Assembly (NCBI GenBank): GCA_963823335.1 | Contig: CAWGLD010000001.1 | Span: 864,001-928,000 of the forward strand | Origin: an uncultured delta proteobacterium | Lineage (GTDB): Bacteria; Desulfobacterota; Desulfobacteria; Desulfobacterales; B30-G6 | Direction: 5' to 3' | DNA length: 64,000 nt | Part shown: piece by piece, positions 52,392 through 61,020 of the stretch | Numbering within the stretch: position 1 is the stretch's first letter | Layout: each line of letters begins with the position of its first letter | Notes under the pieces: model-generated | What the model was told of the DNA's origin: nothing | Seen by the model: only the letters and a program-made list of their open reading frames with translations | Databases searched by the model: none | Position numbers and translations under genes: made by a program

Positions 52392-54167
52392 TTAAAACGG
52401 CCAAACCATGGGTATTAAAACAGTTGCCGAAATTACCACCAACAGATTCAGGGGGACGCCCATCGTCAAGTAATCGCTGAATTTGTACCCGCCGGGAGTG
52501 TAAACCAGTAAATTTGTCTGGTAACCGATGGGAGAGGCAAAACAGGCACTCGCACCAAAACAGATGCCAATCACAAACGGTCTCGGATCCACGCCGAGAC
52601 CCACGGCGGTCGATACAGCAATGGGAACCATGAGCACCGCAGTCGCATTGTTGCTCAACAGTTGCGTTCCGATACTCGTCAGAAGAATCATGCCGCCCAG
52701 CACAAAGCCCGGCGACAGACCAGAAAAGAATGACAGGAATGTCTTTGCGTAAATCTGGCTGGTTCCTGTCTGCTCCATGGCCGCTCCAAGGGCGATGGTT
52801 CCTGCTATGAGAAGAAGAATGTCCCCCTGGAGGGCCCGATAGGCGTCTCGCATCTGAAGACAGCCGGTGAAAACCATCAGAAAGGCGGCTGCCAGCGCAC
52901 AAACCATGATGTCGGCCAATCCAAAGGCAGCCGATGCCACCATTGCAACGAACACACTCATGGCAATCCAGGTTTTACGCTTATGGACGATTTCTTCGTA
53001 AACATCTTCGATGATAAGATAATCTGTTTCGGCCCGCATGCCTGTCAATTTGTCGCCGTAGCACCAGATGAGAATCATGTCACCGTTCTTGAGTTTCACA
53101 TCACGAACCTGTTTTTCGGTAAAATGAAGATTGCTTCGCTTGATGGCAATCACATGAATATCAGGGTCTTTCATCAAGCGCGTTTCAATTAACCGCTGTC
53201 CCAACAGGGCGGATTGAGGTGTAATGATAAGTTCGACCACGAGGGATTCATTCTTGGCCACTCCGAACGAAAGTCCTTTTTCTGAGGAGGGCAATGCCAC
53301 CGCTTCCTGATCGAGAATAGCGACGAGGTCGTTTACCGACCCTTTTACCAACAGCATGTCGTCGGCCGCCACCGAGACAACATCCCTGTCAGGATGAAAG
53401 ATATGCGAATATCGTATCAGTTCCAAAACGGTAACCGCCGGAAATTTTTCGTTGAACATCGATGCAGGGTTCTTGCCGATGAGACCACTGCCCCGGGGAA
53501 TTTCCAATTCCGCCAGGTACTGTCGATTTTCGCTGTCCCGGATCTGGCAAACGGGGTTTGCCAGTGAGGGCATAAGCTTCGGTGAGGCAACAAGCAAAAA
53601 AAGGATGCCGATGACGGCAATCGGAACACCTACGATCGACAACTCAAAAAATGACAGGGGTCCCAATCCATATTGCGCACTTAAATCACTCACGATAATA
53701 TTGGTGGAAGTGCCGATCAAGGTACAGGTTCCAGCCAGTATAGATGCATAGGAGACAGGGATAAGAAATTTTGCAGGGCTTAGATTGAATTCACAGCAGA
53801 TTGTCATCACAACGGGGATAAAGAGGACGACCACGGGTGTGTTGTTGATAAAAGCAGATGACACCGCCACTACTGACAAGATCGAGAGCATTGCCAAAGT
53901 GAGGTTCCCTCTGGCAAGTCGGGCTATGCGTCTGCCGATGTATTCTACCGAGCCGGTCCGTACCAGCCCTTTGCTGATCAAGAACATGGCGCCCACGGTC
54001 ACCACCGCCGGGTGTGCCAGCCCGGCCACAGCCTCCCGGGGTTCCAGAACACGGCTAACCACAAGAGAGACCATGATACCGATGGCCGTCAGTGCCACCG
54101 GTATCTTCTCGGTGACAAACAGTACCAGGGCACCAACAAGTACAAATGATACAATCCAGATATCCAT
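52392..54167 (-). CDS. SLC13/DASS family permease with two TrkA-C domains
   Basis: 'SAFINNTPVV', 'GTCTLIGTSTN', 'SNNATA', 'PIGYQTN..VY.PGGYKF.D'. Confidence 0.9.
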   Translation of the reverse strand: MDIWIVSFVLVGALVLFVTEKIPVALTAIGIMVSLVVSRVLEPREAVAGLAHPAVVTVGAMFLISKGLVRTGSVEYIGRRIARLARGNLTLAMLSILSVVAVSSAFINNTPVVVLFIPVVMTICCEFNLSPAKFLIPVSYASILAGTCTLIGTSTNIIVSDLSAQYGLGPLSFFELSIVGVPIAVIGILFLLVASPKLMPSLANPVCQIRDSENRQYLAELEIPRGSGLIGKNPASMFNEKFPAVTVLELIRYSHIFHPDRDVVSVAADDMLLVKGSVNDLVAILDQEAVALPSSEKGLSFGVAKNESLVVELIITPQSALLGQRLIETRLMKDPDIHVIAIKRSNLHFTEKQVRDVKLKNGDMILIWCYGDKLTGMRAETDYLIIEDVYEEIVHKRKTWIAMSVFVAMVASAAFGLADIMVCALAAAFLMVFTGCLQMRDAYRALQGDILLLIAGTIALGAAMEQTGTSQIYAKTFLSFFSGLSPGFVLGGMILLTSIGTQLLSNNATAVLMVPIAVSTAVGLGVDPRPFVIGICFGASACFASPIGYQTNLLVYTPGGYKFSDYLTMGVPLNLLVVISATVLIPMVWPF

Positions 54168-54180
54168 TCTGAAACATCCT

Positions 54181-55239
54181 TCAAGCAACTATTTTGCTGA
54201 TCTTTTCGATAAAGGTCTGCATATCTGCATCGGTACCGATGGTGACCCGCAGGTACTCATCGATGCGTGGTTTATCAAAATATCGAACCAAAATATTTTC
54301 ATCTTTGAGCCGGGTATAAAGTTCCCTGGCCTGTATCCCGCTGGGTTTGACGAAAATAAAATTCGCCATGGAGGGAACAATCGAAAATCCCATTTTAGAC
54401 AGCGCCGCAACCGTACGCTCCCTCGTTTTTATCACCTTTTTACAGGTCGCTCGAAAGTAAGCTTCGTCCCTGATGGCCTCTACGGCGCCGGTAATGGCCA
54501 GTCTGTCCAAGGGGTAAGAATTGAAAGAGTTCTTGGCCCGTTCAAGTCCTTCGATGAGTTTTTCAGATCCCAGGGCTGCGCCGACGCGCAAACCAGCCAG
54601 CGATCTCGATTTTGAAAAAGTCTGGGCCACCAATAGGTTTTCATACTCTCCGAGCAACTGAATGGCGGATTCCCCGCCAAAATCGATATAGGCCTCATCG
54701 ACAATAACGACGCTTTTGTCATTGAGCGCCAACAGATTTTCGATTTGATCCAATGAAAGCAGTTTTCCCGTGGGCGCGTTGGGATTCGGAAAAATAATTC
54801 CGCCATTGGGTTGTGCGTAGTCCGCCAGGGAAATGTCCATATCTGCCGTCAGGGGAACCCGGACATTCTCAATTTCAAAGATACTGCAGTATACCTCATA
54901 GAAGCTGTAGGAAATATCCGGAAAAAGAATGGGCTGCAGCTGCTTGAAAAAACTGATAAAGGAAAGGGCCAGGACTTCGTCCGAACCGTTACCCGCAAAA
55001 ACATTCTCCTTATTCACCGAATAATAATCCGCAATGGCTTGCTTCAACGCCTCACAATTTGGATCCGGATACCGCCGTAAAGCGGCATTGGTTTCCTTCA
55101 CAATAGCGTCGATGACTTTGGGCGAAGGGGGGTAGGGGTTTTCATTGGTATTCAGTTTAATGAAAAGGTCATCTTTGGGTTGTTCGCCCGGAACATAGGG
55201 CTTCAACTCTCGGATAATTTGGCTCCAGTATTTGCTCAT
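54181..55239 (-). CDS. hisC: Histidinol-phosphate aminotransferase
   Basis: 'YVPGEQP', 'KLNTNENPY', 'GNGSDE', 'DEAY', 'TFSKSRSLAGLRVG'. Confidence 0.95.
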   Translation of the reverse strand: MSKYWSQIIRELKPYVPGEQPKDDLFIKLNTNENPYPPSPKVIDAIVKETNAALRRYPDPNCEALKQAIADYYSVNKENVFAGNGSDEVLALSFISFFKQLQPILFPDISYSFYEVYCSIFEIENVRVPLTADMDISLADYAQPNGGIIFPNPNAPTGKLLSLDQIENLLALNDKSVVIVDEAYIDFGGESAIQLLGEYENLLVAQTFSKSRSLAGLRVGAALGSEKLIEGLERAKNSFNSYPLDRLAITGAVEAIRDEAYFRATCKKVIKTRERTVAALSKMGFSIVPSMANFIFVKPSGIQARELYTRLKDENILVRYFDKPRIDEYLRVTIGTDADMQTFIEKISKIVA

Positions 55240-55288
55240 GATTTTTCCTGTCACATATCAGTGGGTGGTGTGGACTATTCTAAAGTAT

Positions 55289-55345
55289 TGAAGAACCTCG
55301 CGGCAAGCCACCACGAATGTTCTGCCACAGGCAAAACCCATGGGG
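55289..55345. repeat. tgaagaacc-family repeat, partial copy
   Basis: tgaagaacctcgcggcaagc...ctgccacaggcaaaacccatgggg, matching parts of 45067-45165. Confidence 0.7.
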
Positions 55346-55807
55346 TTACCGTTCCCTGCTGCGGGTCAACAGCAATAGCACCATTCGTGTGGCTTCCTTT
55401 GTGTAGTTGAAACAGTCCTTTTTCAGGCCATGGGTCTTAAAATAGGACTGCCCCGCTTCCGTACCCAGGTCGCAGCCAATCAGCTCCCTGCAGTTTGTGG
55501 ACCCGAATTTTTCTTCGAAAAGGCTGAAAAACTTCCTCACAAGAGCATAGTTTTCCTCCACGGAGCTGTTGGCGTCATTTCTGCCCGTCAACAGGTTAAT
55601 GCTCAAAATCGCTCCATTGACAGCACCACATTGCCCACACATCCTCGAGGTGCCGCTGCAAAAGCCGGTGGCTATTTTTGGTATGAGTTTGGATTGTATC
55701 CCGTACTCTTCCGCAATGGCCAATAGAACACTTTCGGCACAATAATACCCCGATACAAATAATGACACGCTTCGTTCGGCTGTTTTTTCGATAGTCTCTT
55801 TTTCCAT
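55346..55807 (-). CDS. C-GCAxxG-C-C family putative redox protein
   Basis: 'GYYCAESV', 'CGAVNG', 'NCREL', C-terminal Cys. Confidence 0.85.
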   Translation of the reverse strand: MEKETIEKTAERSVSLFVSGYYCAESVLLAIAEEYGIQSKLIPKIATGFCSGTSRMCGQCGAVNGAILSINLLTGRNDANSSVEENYALVRKFFSLFEEKFGSTNCRELIGCDLGTEAGQSYFKTHGLKKDCFNYTKEATRMVLLLLTRSRER

Positions 55808-55889
55808 AGTGTTTCAAAATCGTTCCAATTTTGTTTGGTCAATGGCTGAAATGTCATAGCTACCCGCGGCTGCTTTGTCGGTCTATTTT

Positions 55890-56387
55890 TCATTTGTCTA
55901 ACGATGGCAATGTCTCGAACATACCTTGTTGTCTGTTTTTTCTGACCTGGTCATGGGTAAAGACACACCCATTCATGACAATGTAAACACCGGGCGGCAG
56001 CGTCTGTGCTGCGATAACGGCACAACCGATGTTAAAGACCGCATCGGTTGTTTTGAAAAGCGCCGGTTTGAGTGCACCCGTCAATACGATTGATTTTCCC
56101 TGAATGTCGGCCAGTTTTTTGGCGGTTTTCACCATGGTGTCCGTACCATGGGTAATTAGGATCCTTTCGGACGGATCCCGGTCAACGGCCCTGTAAATGA
56201 TTGTGCGGTCCTCCTCCGTGATCTCCAGACTGTCTTTTTTCATTAAAGATTCAATCGTGTAGGTGAAGGCCAGCTTCAACTCCTCAAAAACCGAGGATAT
56301 ATTCGGCGGGCCCACCTGATACGCGCTCATTTCATCAAAATAGACTTTGTCAATGGTCCCGCCGGTTGTAAATATCTTGATATGCAT
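55890..56387 (-). CDS. Short (single-domain) asparaginase-family protein
   Basis: 'TTGGTI', 'ITHGTDTM', 'IVLTGA', 'DAVFN'. Confidence 0.88.
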   Translation of the reverse strand: MHIKIFTTGGTIDKVYFDEMSAYQVGPPNISSVFEELKLAFTYTIESLMKKDSLEITEEDRTIIYRAVDRDPSERILITHGTDTMVKTAKKLADIQGKSIVLTGALKPALFKTTDAVFNIGCAVIAAQTLPPGVYIVMNGCVFTHDQVRKNRQQGMFETLPSLDK

Positions 56388-56598
56388 ATTTTCTTTTCCC
56401 GTCTCTTTAATTTTCAGATAAATGTATTGAATCTGACGGTTTTTTTCAAGAATAAACCCATACCCCTTTTCAGACAATCTTTGCTTTGGCATAAAAACCA
56501 ATCGCCACGCTGTCACTATCAAGGGAAAACTTCTGAAACGCGAACTCAGGAAATTTTCCTTCTAATTATTTTTATATTGACGACAAGCACGTCAAATG

Positions 56599-56616
56599 TT
56601 AATGGTCGTTCATTAA
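56599..56616. promoter_or_regulatory. Palindromic operator candidate upstream of TetR gene
   Basis: TTAATG-N6-CATTAA, adjacent to TTGACG-N7-CGTCAA (56577-56595). Confidence 0.45.
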
Positions 56617-56735
56617 TCTTGGTGCCTTTAGCTGTGGCGTCGATAGCTCGCGTACCGCAACGCTTTCAAACTTATTATCCCCACCGAAATTACCGTTTAT
56701 AGCAATATTGACAGCCTTCATTTATACAGGTCAAA

Positions 56736-57344
56736 ATGGCTGAAAAAAACACCAAACAAAAAATGTTGAATTTGGCAAGAAAACTTTTCTGGGAGAAAGG
56801 ATATAATGCCACCAGCATGCGGGACATCGCCCATGCCTATGGATGTAAGCCTGCCAACATTTACAACTTTTTTTCACAAAAAGAAGACATCCTGTATGAA
56901 GTTCTTCTAGAAGAAATGCAGCAGATCATTACGCCTATCATTCATCTGGAAAAAGACGAACAGACAAACCCCATCGCTCAACTACGAACCGTCATCGAAA
57001 GCCATTTAAGGGTTACCTTAAGCTACAGGCGATCGGCAAAATTACTGTTTGACGTGGGGCTGGATCAACTACCCCGTCAAAGACGTCAAACGATCGTTGC
57101 CATGCGTGACCGGTATGACCAGATCATCCGCAACATCATACAAAGGGGCATTGATCTCGATTTGTTTCCGGAAGTCAATAAAAAACTGGCCGGGTTCATG
57201 ATCGCCTCTATGATTACAAGAAGCCGTCTTTGGTACCACCCGAAGAAGGGCGTTTCTATATCAGACCTAACCGACTTTATTGTGAGTTTTTCCCTTAACG
57301 GACTGACCGGTACCAAACCGGTTTTATTCGAGCTTGCTGGCTGA
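56736..57344 (+). CDS. TetR/AcrR family regulator (KstR2-like C-terminus)
   Basis: 'LFWEKGY..TSMRDIA...ANIYNFF..KE'; C-terminal 'WYHPK.G'. Confidence 0.9.
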   Translation: MAEKNTKQKMLNLARKLFWEKGYNATSMRDIAHAYGCKPANIYNFFSQKEDILYEVLLEEMQQIITPIIHLEKDEQTNPIAQLRTVIESHLRVTLSYRRSAKLLFDVGLDQLPRQRRQTIVAMRDRYDQIIRNIIQRGIDLDLFPEVNKKLAGFMIASMITRSRLWYHPKKGVSISDLTDFIVSFSLNGLTGTKPVLFELAG

Positions 57345-57551
57345 AACGTTACTTGATCTAAGCCAAATGCCGATCTTGATAAAAGAATTGGCGGAATAAC
57401 CGCCTTTTGACCCAAATATATACGATCCCGGTCAGCCATTCGATGTGACGCCCCACCAAACATCTGATGAAGGCATCATATAATTAGGTGAGTGGTTTTT
57501 ATCGGTCGATTGCTGTCGGGAAACAATATCAAGAGCAGGAAAGGAGGGAAC

Positions 57552-58868
57552 ATGAAACCAAACAAACCCATCACAATTTTGGTAATGGTCTGCGTTGCCG
57601 TGGTCTTGCTGACATGTCCGGCCTGGGGTGCCAAAACCATCAAGATCGGCGTCATCGGCCCGATGCAATTTGTCCAGGGCAAGGGCCACTGGAACGGTGC
57701 CACCATGGCTGCCGAAGAAATCAATGCCAAGGGCGGTGTCAACGTGGATGGCAAGATGATGAAGATTGAGCTGGTCAAGGCCGATTCAAATGAGTTTCTG
57801 AACGTGACAGACGCCACCAACGCCATGGAACTTTTGGTAACGCGTGAAAAGGTGGACTTCATCGTGGGCGGTTTCCGCAGCGAGGCTGTTCTGGCCATGC
57901 AGGATATCGCCATGGACTACAAGACCATTTTCATCGGCTGCGGGGCGGCACATCCGGAACTCTGCGAACGCGTGGCCAAGGACTACGACACCTACAAATA
58001 CTTCTTCCGCGGTACACCATTCAACTCCAAATTCCTGGTCAAGACCTGCTTTATTCAAATGGCAACCGTCGGTGCAATCCTGAAAAAGTCCCTGGGTCTC
58101 GAAAAAATTAAGGTGGCCATTGCCGCTGAAAAGGCCATGTGGGTAGACCCCATGATCGAAGCTGCCGAAGGATTTATCCCCAAAATGGGTATGGAGGTCG
58201 TGGGTGTCTGGCGGCCGTCGCCCGTGGCAACGGATGTGACCGCCGAGCTCTCCGCCATTCAGAGATCGGGTGCGCACATGATATTCACGACCTTTTCGTC
58301 CTCGGTGGGCATCCCTTTTGCCCGTCAGGCCGGCGAGCTGAAAATCCCGGCAGCCCAGGTGGGCATCAACGTGGAAGCCCAGAAAGAGGGTTTCTGGGAT
58401 GCCACCCAGGGACAGGGCAACTACGTAATGACCCTCAACACCTATTGCCCGGGGGTCGAATACAACGAACTCACCAAACCGTTCATGGACGCCTACACGA
58501 AAAAATTCAATGAGCCACCGACTTACACGGCAGCCACCTATGATGCCATTATATCTAGTATCGTGCCGGCCATCGAGAAGGTCGGTTCGCTGGATACGGA
58601 CAAGCTGGTGGCCTTCATGGAAAATCAAGAGATCCTGGTGCCTACCGGAAAAGTGGCCTATCTTAAGGATGAGGAAGGCCGTCACCTGCACGATCTACGC
58701 TGGGGACCCGGCTACCTGACCAGTCTGGGGGTTCAGTGGGTAGACGGCAAGCAGATCGGTGTCTGGCCCAACAAGTGGGTGGCTGCCGAAGGCGCGCCAG
58801 AAATCACCTACAAAGGTATTCAGCCCTATAAGATCGCACCCTGGATCATCGAAGCCTACAAAAAGTAA
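57552..58868 (+). CDS. Branched-chain-type ABC transporter substrate-binding protein
   Basis: Signal peptide; 'IKIGVIGP', 'EEINAKGG', 'VDFIVGG'. Confidence 0.9.
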   Translation: MKPNKPITILVMVCVAVVLLTCPAWGAKTIKIGVIGPMQFVQGKGHWNGATMAAEEINAKGGVNVDGKMMKIELVKADSNEFLNVTDATNAMELLVTREKVDFIVGGFRSEAVLAMQDIAMDYKTIFIGCGAAHPELCERVAKDYDTYKYFFRGTPFNSKFLVKTCFIQMATVGAILKKSLGLEKIKVAIAAEKAMWVDPMIEAAEGFIPKMGMEVVGVWRPSPVATDVTAELSAIQRSGAHMIFTTFSSSVGIPFARQAGELKIPAAQVGINVEAQKEGFWDATQGQGNYVMTLNTYCPGVEYNELTKPFMDAYTKKFNEPPTYTAATYDAIISSIVPAIEKVGSLDTDKLVAFMENQEILVPTGKVAYLKDEEGRHLHDLRWGPGYLTSLGVQWVDGKQIGVWPNKWVAAEGAPEITYKGIQPYKIAPWIIEAYKK

Positions 58869-58906
58869 ACACACCGGAAAGAAACCCGGTTTTTTAACCG
58901 AAATAG

Positions 58907-58946
58907 CGCTCGCTAACCCTGACGCTTGCTTCGGGGTTAGCGAGCG
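58907..58946. repeat. Strong hairpin (tgaagaacc-family related) after the substrate-binding gene
   Basis: cgctcgctaaccctga / tcggggttagcgagcg 16-bp stem with one G-U pair. Confidence 0.8.
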
Positions 58947-59012
58947 AATCTAAATCAGACAGAATTCCTTATTCTGAATTCTCTTATTTTGATTTCCGAA
59001 TTGTGAGGTTCT

Positions 59013-59882
59013 ATGATTCTGGATATTTTTATCACCAGCATAATCAATGGCAGCACCTATGCTCTGTTGGCCATCGGGTTCTCCCTGATTTTCGGTGTGG
59101 CCCGTATTGTCAATATCGCCCACACCGCATTTTACATGGTGGCCGCCTACTGCATCTATTTTGCTTCCCATAAGCTGGGGCTGCACGTTCTCGTCGGTAT
59201 GGCTGCCGGTATTGTGCTGGTACCTATTTTCGGTTTGATCGTTTACAAGATCTTTATCGACCCCATTCGCGAACACGAAGCCGCCGTTCTAATCGGGACG
59301 ATCGCCCTTGCCATTGCCCTGCAGGAAGCCATGATGATCATCTTCACCGGCGACTATCTCAGCGTGGCGCCTATCGTGGCCGGTTACTTCATGATATTCG
59401 GAGTGAAGGTGTTCTATCAGCACCTGATAACATTTGTGACCGTGATGATGGTGCTGAGTGGGTTGAGATTTCTCCTGATGAACACGCGGCTGGGTGTGGC
59501 CATCCGGGCCACCGCCCAGGACCGTGAGGTGGCCAACCTCATGGGTATGAACGAAAGCCGGGTAGCCCTGATCACCGTGGGCATTTCCATTGCTTTGGCC
59601 GCCTTGACCGGTGCTGTTATCGCCCCCCTGACCATCGTGGATCCCTATATGTGGATGCACCCGCTGATCATGATGATGGCCGTGGTGGTACTGGGAGGAT
59701 TGGGAAGCATCAAAGGCAGTTTCATTGCGGCGTATATTCTGGGTTTTGCGGAAGCCCTGGTGGTATTTTTAATCCCTATGGGTGCTTTTTTAAAAGGGTC
59801 GGTTGCGCTTTCCATCATGATTCTGGTGCTGCTGGTCAGACCGGAAGGTCTTTTCGGCGTCGCTTTCGAGGAAGAGAGATAA
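59013..59882 (+). CDS. Branched-chain ABC permease (LivH-like)
   Basis: 'YALLAIGFSLIFG...NIAH', 'G.AIRA', 'VVLGGLGS', 'RPEGLFG'. Confidence 0.92.
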   Translation: MILDIFITSIINGSTYALLAIGFSLIFGVARIVNIAHTAFYMVAAYCIYFASHKLGLHVLVGMAAGIVLVPIFGLIVYKIFIDPIREHEAAVLIGTIALAIALQEAMMIIFTGDYLSVAPIVAGYFMIFGVKVFYQHLITFVTVMMVLSGLRFLLMNTRLGVAIRATAQDREVANLMGMNESRVALITVGISIALAALTGAVIAPLTIVDPYMWMHPLIMMMAVVVLGGLGSIKGSFIAAYILGFAEALVVFLIPMGAFLKGSVALSIMILVLLVRPEGLFGVAFEEER

Positions 59883-59884
59883 GC

Positions 59885-60925
59885 ATGGATCTGATACGCT
59901 ATTACATCGGCAAGCTTTTTAATTTCATCAAAAATGAAGTGTTCATACTGCCCAGCCGGATCATCGTGGCCCTGTTCGTTGTGCTTCTGCTGATCCTGCC
60001 GCTCATCACCAGCGATCTTTATCTCTTGCGGATCATCATTCTGACCAGTATTTTTGCGATTTTCGCCGGAAGCTGGGACCTGCTGTCCGGATTCACGGGA
60101 CAGATGAATTTCGGGCACGCACTGTTTTTCGGTGTCGGTGCTTACGGCGCCGCCATGCTCAACCATAAACTCGGGTTACCACCCATTGCCAGCATCCCTT
60201 TGGGTGCGATAGCCGCCGTTCTGGCAGGTCTTATTATCGGTATACCCTGCCTGCGGTTGCGCGGAACCTACCTGGCCCTCACCACCCTGGCGTTCCCCAT
60301 TATCCTGATGGGGCTCGTGTTCGCTTTTCCGGATCTCACCGGCGGCGAGTTGGGTATCTCCGGATTAAAGCGGCTGGCTCGCTCCCGGGTAGCCAATTAT
60401 TACATCATCGTACCCATCATGCTGGTTCTGGTGTTTGCCATGTGGAAAATCACGGACTCCAACACCGGAATTATTTTCCACGCCATTCGGGAAGATGAAG
60501 TTGCCGTCAGGGCCTCCGGGATCAACACGACACGCTATAAGTTACTGGCTTTCTGCCTTGCCGGTTTCTTTGCAGGGGTTGCCGGTGGACTTTACGCACA
60601 CTTCATGCGTATTGCCGGGCCATCCACCCTCGAGATCGGCATGTCTTTTCAGGTCGTTATCTGGTCGGTATTCGGCGGGGTGGTGACCATCTGGGGGCCG
60701 GTGGGTGCCGTATTCATTCTATTCCCATTGCTGGAGTTTTTCCGTTTTTGGCCGGAATATCGCATGCTTTTGTTTGCCTTTGTTATTCTGCTGATCCTGC
60801 TGTTCATGCCCCAGGGGATGCTGCCCTGGCTGCGGGATAAAATAGAAAACGAGTGCCCAAGATGCAAAGTTCGCAATGTAGCATCGCGAAAAGCCTGCCG
60901 GGTGTGTGATGCACAGATGCACTGA
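59885..60925 (+). CDS. Branched-chain ABC permease (LivM-like) with C-terminal CxxC...CxxC
   Basis: 'GFTGQMNFGH', 'LRLRGTY.A..TL', 'AIREDE'; tail CPRC...CRVC. Confidence 0.92.
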   Translation: MDLIRYYIGKLFNFIKNEVFILPSRIIVALFVVLLLILPLITSDLYLLRIIILTSIFAIFAGSWDLLSGFTGQMNFGHALFFGVGAYGAAMLNHKLGLPPIASIPLGAIAAVLAGLIIGIPCLRLRGTYLALTTLAFPIILMGLVFAFPDLTGGELGISGLKRLARSRVANYYIIVPIMLVLVFAMWKITDSNTGIIFHAIREDEVAVRASGINTTRYKLLAFCLAGFFAGVAGGLYAHFMRIAGPSTLEIGMSFQVVIWSVFGGVVTIWGPVGAVFILFPLLEFFRFWPEYRMLLFAFVILLILLFMPQGMLPWLRDKIENECPRCKVRNVASRKACRVCDAQMH

Positions 60926-61020
60926 ATTCGCATCGATTACCACGAATTGAGGTGGTTTGGTGACCGCCCCGTAATGGGCTCTGTCTCTTATAAAGAACTT
61001 CAGAAGGAGAAAACAGACAT

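Noticed and set aside
55346-55807. Selenocysteine in the C-GCAxxG-C-C protein
   Set aside because: All motif positions are Cys codons; there is no in-frame TGA.
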